Below are positions 60,330 to 64,000 of a stretch of DNA of 64,000 nt, in pieces. Every line of letters starts with the position of its first letter. The first letter of the stretch is position 1. Where the stretch lies: NCBI GenBank assembly GCA_963663035.1, contig OY760074.1, positions 352,001 to 416,000 on the forward strand. Reading direction: 5' to 3'. The notes under the pieces were generated by a model. The model was not told the origin of the DNA. It ran no database searches and was given only the letters and a program-made list of their open reading frames with translations. This DNA comes from Acidobacteriota bacterium. Lineage in GTDB: Bacteria; Acidobacteriota; UBA6911; RPQK01; JADFOI01. The position numbers and the translations under genes are program-made.

Positions 60330-61256
60330 CTACTTACGGGGAAACTTCATCTCCGATTCCAACATGACCGGGGCCGGTCCCGAAATACTTCCGTCCTTGC
60401 GGACACGCCAGAAATGCACGGTCAGGAAGATAGTGAGGATCAGGGGAATGGCAATGCAGTGCCAGATATAAGCACGCAGCAAGGCATTGGCGTCCACGAT
60501 GGATCCCCCTAAAAGCGCAAAACGCACGTCGTTGAAGGCGGTCATCCCGAGTTGAGCTCCAAAGGGGCCTTCATGGCCCAAGAGCGGTGTCGCTCGAGCC
60601 ATATTGGTTCCCACCGTCACCGCCCAGAAGCCCAACTGGTCATCGGGAAGCAGATAGCCCGTGAAGGAGAGCAGCAGGGTCAAGACCAGGCAGATCACAC
60701 CCACGGTCCAGTTGAATTCTCGCGGAGTCTTATAAGACCCGGTCAGGAAGACGCGAAACATATGCAGCCAGACCGTGATGATCATCAAGTGGGCCCCCCA
60801 GCGGTGCATATTGCGCAGCAGACCTCCAAAGGGAACATCGTTATGCAGATACATGATGTCCTGGTAGGCCTGACCCTTGGTGGGGTGATAGTAGAACATG
60901 AGAAAGACGCCGGTGATGGTCAGAACGATGAAAAGATAAAGGGTGATACCACCCATCCCCCAGGTAAAACCGAAACGGATGGCATCGCGATTCACCTTAG
61001 CCGGCTGCACGTGCAGGAAGACGTTGGTCAGGACCGCCAGGGCCCGGCTGCGGGGGGTCTCATCCAGTTTGTGGCGGAAGATCGATTTCCACAGTTGGGT
61101 CCGCTTGTAGTCTTTGGCTGCCTTAAGGTCTTGCATTCCTTTCGCGATGAAAGGATTCAAGGCTTCTTTGAGGCGGTCAATCAGAGAGGACGGCCCCGCT
61201 GAGCTCTGCTCTCCTGACTTGGATTCTTCTCTCTTGCTCTTAGCGTCGTCGTTCAT
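60330..61256 (-). CDS. petB: Cytochrome b6-like N-terminal subunit
   Basis: [22 protein letters not shown]...[15 protein letters not shown]...VHF. Confidence 0.92.
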   Translation of the reverse strand: MNDDAKSKREESKSGEQSSAGPSSLIDRLKEALNPFIAKGMQDLKAAKDYKRTQLWKSIFRHKLDETPRSRALAVLTNVFLHVQPAKVNRDAIRFGFTWGMGGITLYLFIVLTITGVFLMFYYHPTKGQAYQDIMYLHNDVPFGGLLRNMHRWGAHLMIITVWLHMFRVFLTGSYKTPREFNWTVGVICLVLTLLLSFTGYLLPDDQLGFWAVTVGTNMARATPLLGHEGPFGAQLGMTAFNDVRFALLGGSIVDANALLRAYIWHCIAIPLILTIFLTVHFWRVRKDGSISGPAPVMLESEMKFPRK

Positions 61257-61288
61257 GGGTCACTTGTGGTGAGGAACTGCCAGGTAAG

Positions 61289-61495
61289 CCCTGATTATGC
61301 ATAGGTTCTCGTCATGAAGCGGCGGAAGTGCCGACCTGGCAAGGCGCGTGACCCGCAAGCGGGTGCCCCAGGCTCCCGCAAACGTACTCTTGAGTACGTT
61401 GAGGAGGCCGAGGGGTACCCGCATGTGCGGGTCGCGCAACGCTGGCAGGGCGGATGATTTCGCCGCTGCAGTAGAGAACTTATTCATAATCAGGG
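61289..61495 (-). mobile_element. Structured MITE with IS1380-type ends (207 bp) inside the respiratory operon
   Basis: TIR CCCTGATTATG(C/A)ATA at both ends. Abuts the Rieske TAG stop. Homologous to 54427-54634. Confidence 0.85.
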
Positions 61496-62065
61496 CTATA
61501 CACCCGTCAAGGAAGCACCATCATCTTCGAAGTGGCAGGTCGCTCCCGGGGCACACTGATAGAGCTGACTGGCGTCCACCACGATCTGCCCTTCAGCATC
61601 GAGCTCCAGATTTGCCCGGTCCATCGGCCGGGGCGCAGGACCTTCAAAATTAATCCCTTCGCTGTCGTATCCGCTGCCATGGCAGGGGCATTTAAATTTG
61701 TTCTCGCTCTCCACCCAATCGGGAGTGCAGCCCAGATGTGTACATTTGGCGTAGATGACAAAAAGTCCCTGGGTGTTCCGAACGACCCAGATCCGATGCT
61801 TCTGCTGAAATCGAGTATCGACCCCAAAACCGAAATCTGAAGGAGGGCCAATTCGGAATTTGGTCTTGGGTTCGAAGAGAGTTCGAGGAAAGAAAAAACG
61901 CATGGCCATCAGTAGATTGACGCCAATAAATCCAAAGACACAGGTCCAGGCGAACTTGCGTCGGTGGATGAGTTGCTTTTCGCTGGGACCCTGCTTGTCT
62001 TCACCGACCCCTTGCGCTTGATCTTCCTGTTGAACCTGGTCTTCTTGGGTCTTTTCTTCCGCCAT
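61496..62065 (-). CDS. petC: Rieske [2Fe-2S] subunit
   Basis: Twin-Arg HRRKF with TM, CTHLGC, CPCHGS, GPAPRP. Confidence 0.95.
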   Translation of the reverse strand: MAEEKTQEDQVQQEDQAQGVGEDKQGPSEKQLIHRRKFAWTCVFGFIGVNLLMAMRFFFPRTLFEPKTKFRIGPPSDFGFGVDTRFQQKHRIWVVRNTQGLFVIYAKCTHLGCTPDWVESENKFKCPCHGSGYDSEGINFEGPAPRPMDRANLELDAEGQIVVDASQLYQCAPGATCHFEDDGASLTGV

Positions 62066-62148
62066 AGTGAGAACCTACGTTTAAGCGTTACAACTTATAT
62101 TCTGTTCCGGAACTCTGTCAAGATTTTCCTCTACTGGTTTTCTGCCGG

Positions 62149-62418
62149 CTATTTGTCCTGTCGAAAGGTGATAAAGAGTATCGTTGACATAATCGTAATC
62201 GGGGGAATTAAAAGCACTAAGATACCCATTTTCACGGCCTCAATGGCGCTCTCCGCCTGACCCTCCAGGGCAGTCCTGCACATGGCGCAGCCCTGGGCTG
62301 CGGCCGGGGAGGAGAAAAACAGAAGGAACAAACAGGAAAAGAACAAGAGAGGAAGGATGGAGTGCTGTGCTTTCCTCCTCTTTTGTGTTCCGGTGTTCAT
62401 TGGGTTCATTGCTCTCAT
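62149..62418 (-). CDS. Small membrane protein with CxxC (QGCAMC), oxidase-operon associated
   Basis: Signal/TM-QGCAMC-TM. Only the last 89 aa of the long track ORF is plausible. Confidence 0.75.
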   Translation of the reverse strand: MRAMNPMNTGTQKRRKAQHSILPLLFFSCLFLLFFSSPAAAQGCAMCRTALEGQAESAIEAVKMGILVLLIPPITIMSTILFITFRQDK

Positions 62419-62420
62419 CG

Positions 62421-62726
62421 TTACCTGCGCAGTTCCAGGAGCCTCAAGCTGTCGGGGAAGAAAATAAACAGTAAGGCGATGCAGATCACCACAGCCGGAA
62501 TGAGCGTCAGTGTGAGGCTGAGCTTCTCGAATCGAAGATGCATAAAGTAGGCTACAATCAATCCCGTCTTGATCAGAGAAAAGCCTACCAGGAGGATCAG
62601 CATCGGAGTCACAGGAATAGCCAGATAAGCCAGGATCACTTCTGCGATCGTCAAGGCCAGCAACCCCACCCAAACCGTCAGGTAAAGCCGGTTGCCATGA
62701 CTTTGATGTGCTGCTTCCATATTCAT
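62421..62726 (-). CDS. ctaF: Cytochrome c oxidase subunit IV (caa3-type)
   Basis: YLTVWVGLLALTIAEV, KTGLIVAYFMHLRFE. Confidence 0.9.
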   Translation of the reverse strand: MNMEAAHQSHGNRLYLTVWVGLLALTIAEVILAYLAIPVTPMLILLVGFSLIKTGLIVAYFMHLRFEKLSLTLTLIPAVVICIALLFIFFPDSLRLLELRR

Positions 62727-62749
62727 CTTGCTGGGCTCTCCTTGGTTGT

Positions 62750-63373
62750 TCAAATCTTCCAGGACAGCAGGTAGACCATGGGAAAAATAAACATCCAAAC
62801 CAGGTCCACGAAATGCCAGTAAAGTCCGCTGATTTCCACGTCCTCGGAAGTAAACTTTCCCTTTCCGAACCCCCAGGCAATCACTCCCAGGTAGATGACG
62901 CCGCCTGTGACGTGGGTCATGTGAAGACCGGTTAAGGTGAAGAAGGATGCACCGAAGAGCGGAGCTCCCCAGGGATTGCCAAAGGGTGTCACTCCTTCAT
63001 GGATCAGCTCCAGCCACTCGTTGGTGTGCAGGATAATAAAGAGTACCCCCCCCAGGATGGTGGCTAAAAGCCAGCCCACGGTCCGCCGTAGCTCCTTTTG
63101 CTTGGCTGCTGCTACAGCCATGACCATGGTTAAAGAGCTGGAGAGCAGACAGAAGGTCATCACGCTGGCCATGAAAATACTGAAGCCTTCAAAGGGCCTC
63201 GGCCAGTCTTCACTGGCAACGCGCACAAAGCTGTAAGCTATCAGCATCGCCGAAAAAGTCAGTGTATCGGAGAGAAGGAAAAGCCACATCCCTAATTTAT
63301 TCGAGCCAATGGCGTAGGGAGATCTTCCGCCTCCCCAGGCAGAGAGCCTGGTCTCACTTACCATGTCAGCCAT
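62750..63373 (-). CDS. ctaE: Heme-copper oxidase subunit III
   Basis: KLGMWLFLLSD, FFTLTGLHMTHV, GLYWHFVDLVW. Confidence 0.93.
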   Translation of the reverse strand: MADMVSETRLSAWGGGRSPYAIGSNKLGMWLFLLSDTLTFSAMLIAYSFVRVASEDWPRPFEGFSIFMASVMTFCLLSSSLTMVMAVAAAKQKELRRTVGWLLATILGGVLFIILHTNEWLELIHEGVTPFGNPWGAPLFGASFFTLTGLHMTHVTGGVIYLGVIAWGFGKGKFTSEDVEISGLYWHFVDLVWMFIFPMVYLLSWKI

Positions 63374-63377
63374 CCAT

Positions 63378-64000
63378 TTACCTCCAGATCAGAAGCAGGA
63401 GAAACAGGTAAATCCACAACCCGTCCATGAAATGCCAGTAGAGCGCAGTCACACCCAGGGTGGTTTCTCCCAGACCACCAGAGTTCCTCCGCCACACTTT
63501 CCAGGAAAGGTAGGAAAGGGCCATCACGCCTCCTAAGAGGTGGACGCCATGAGTTCCCGTTAATAAATAGAAAAAGGAGCTGCTGGGATTCGTGCTGATG
63601 TATACTCCACCCGCCACCAGTTCCCGCCAGGCCAGGAGCTGTCCAACCAGGAAGCTTACCCCCAAGCCAGTGGTCGCCCACCACCAGCGTTGAAAATGAG
63701 CTTGGTTATGACGCCAGCGACGAGCTTTTTCGAAAGTCAGACTACTGGCCAGCAGAATCAGTGTGTTGGGCCACAAAATTCCCGGGAGTGCTATAGGGAG
63801 CCAGTCATCGGACAGGCCCTTGCGGACAACGTAAGCACTGGTAAAGGCAGCAAAAACCATCAGGATAGCGGCCAATCCAAGCATCATGCCAGTATAGTAT
63901 CTCCGATCGGGAAGAGATGCGGGGCTGTCAGATCCGTCTCCCTGATTGCCACCCAAACCACCTCCAGCAACACCGCCACCTTTTCCTCCTGGTGATATCG
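63378..64000 (-). CDS. ctaE: Second heme-copper oxidase subunit III paralog, 5' partial
   Basis: FAAFTSAY, FFYLLTGTHGVH, LYWHFMDGLW. Frame open to window edge. Confidence 0.9.
   Translation of the reverse strand, partial: ISPGGKGGGVAGGGLGGNQGDGSDSPASLPDRRYYTGMMLGLAAILMVFAAFTSAYVVRKGLSDDWLPIALPGILWPNTLILLASSLTFEKARRWRHNQAHFQRWWWATTGLGVSFLVGQLLAWRELVAGGVYISTNPSSSFFYLLTGTHGVHLLGGVMALSYLSWKVWRRNSGGLGETTLGVTALYWHFMDGLWIYLFLLLLIWR

Noticed and set aside
62419-62880. Upstream part of the 243-aa ORF 62149-62880
   Set aside because: It overlaps ctaF and ctaE in another frame. Only the last 89 aa look like a real protein.

Overview
This is a bacterial chromosome segment of about 56% GC. Its gene content (many Hanks-type Ser/Thr kinases with TolB/TPR tails, DUF5916 proteins, and a Rieske/cytochrome b/octaheme cytochrome c locus joined to cytochrome oxidase genes) suggests an Acidobacteriota-like organism; this is inference. 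A core gene order (ihfA-merR ... tRNA-Pro(GGG) ... surE-yqaA-tRNA-Pro(CGG)-acyP-apt) is split by about 32 kb of accessory DNA. That DNA carries an APH(3')-like kinase, hipBA, kinases, an RHS fragment and a larE remnant. The window is rich in IS elements: 3 IS3, 2 IS481, 2 full and 1 partial IS1380, and 1 truncated IS256. The right end holds a respiratory operon. Best leads: (1) both IS481-family copies sit exactly 9 nt after the CCA of two different tRNA-Pro genes, in the same orientation, each with its own 3-bp target duplication, which suggests a tRNA-targeting IS; (2) a hidden UGA-readthrough OsmC-family selenoprotein with a SECIS-like hairpin ends a DtxR/MntR-box-controlled multicopper oxidase/ZIP operon; (3) a bacterial protein resembles eukaryotic PHPT1/Janus-Ocnus phosphohistidine phosphatase but lacks its catalytic His; (4) a family of structured MITE-like elements sits right after TAG stop codons, with covarying stems, one nested insertion and a ~20-nt hairpin unit of variable copy number; (5) a leader-peptide attenuator precedes an ABC exporter; (6) hipBA is bracketed by 60-bp direct repeats. 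All family assignments come from motif recognition by eye; no database searches were run.
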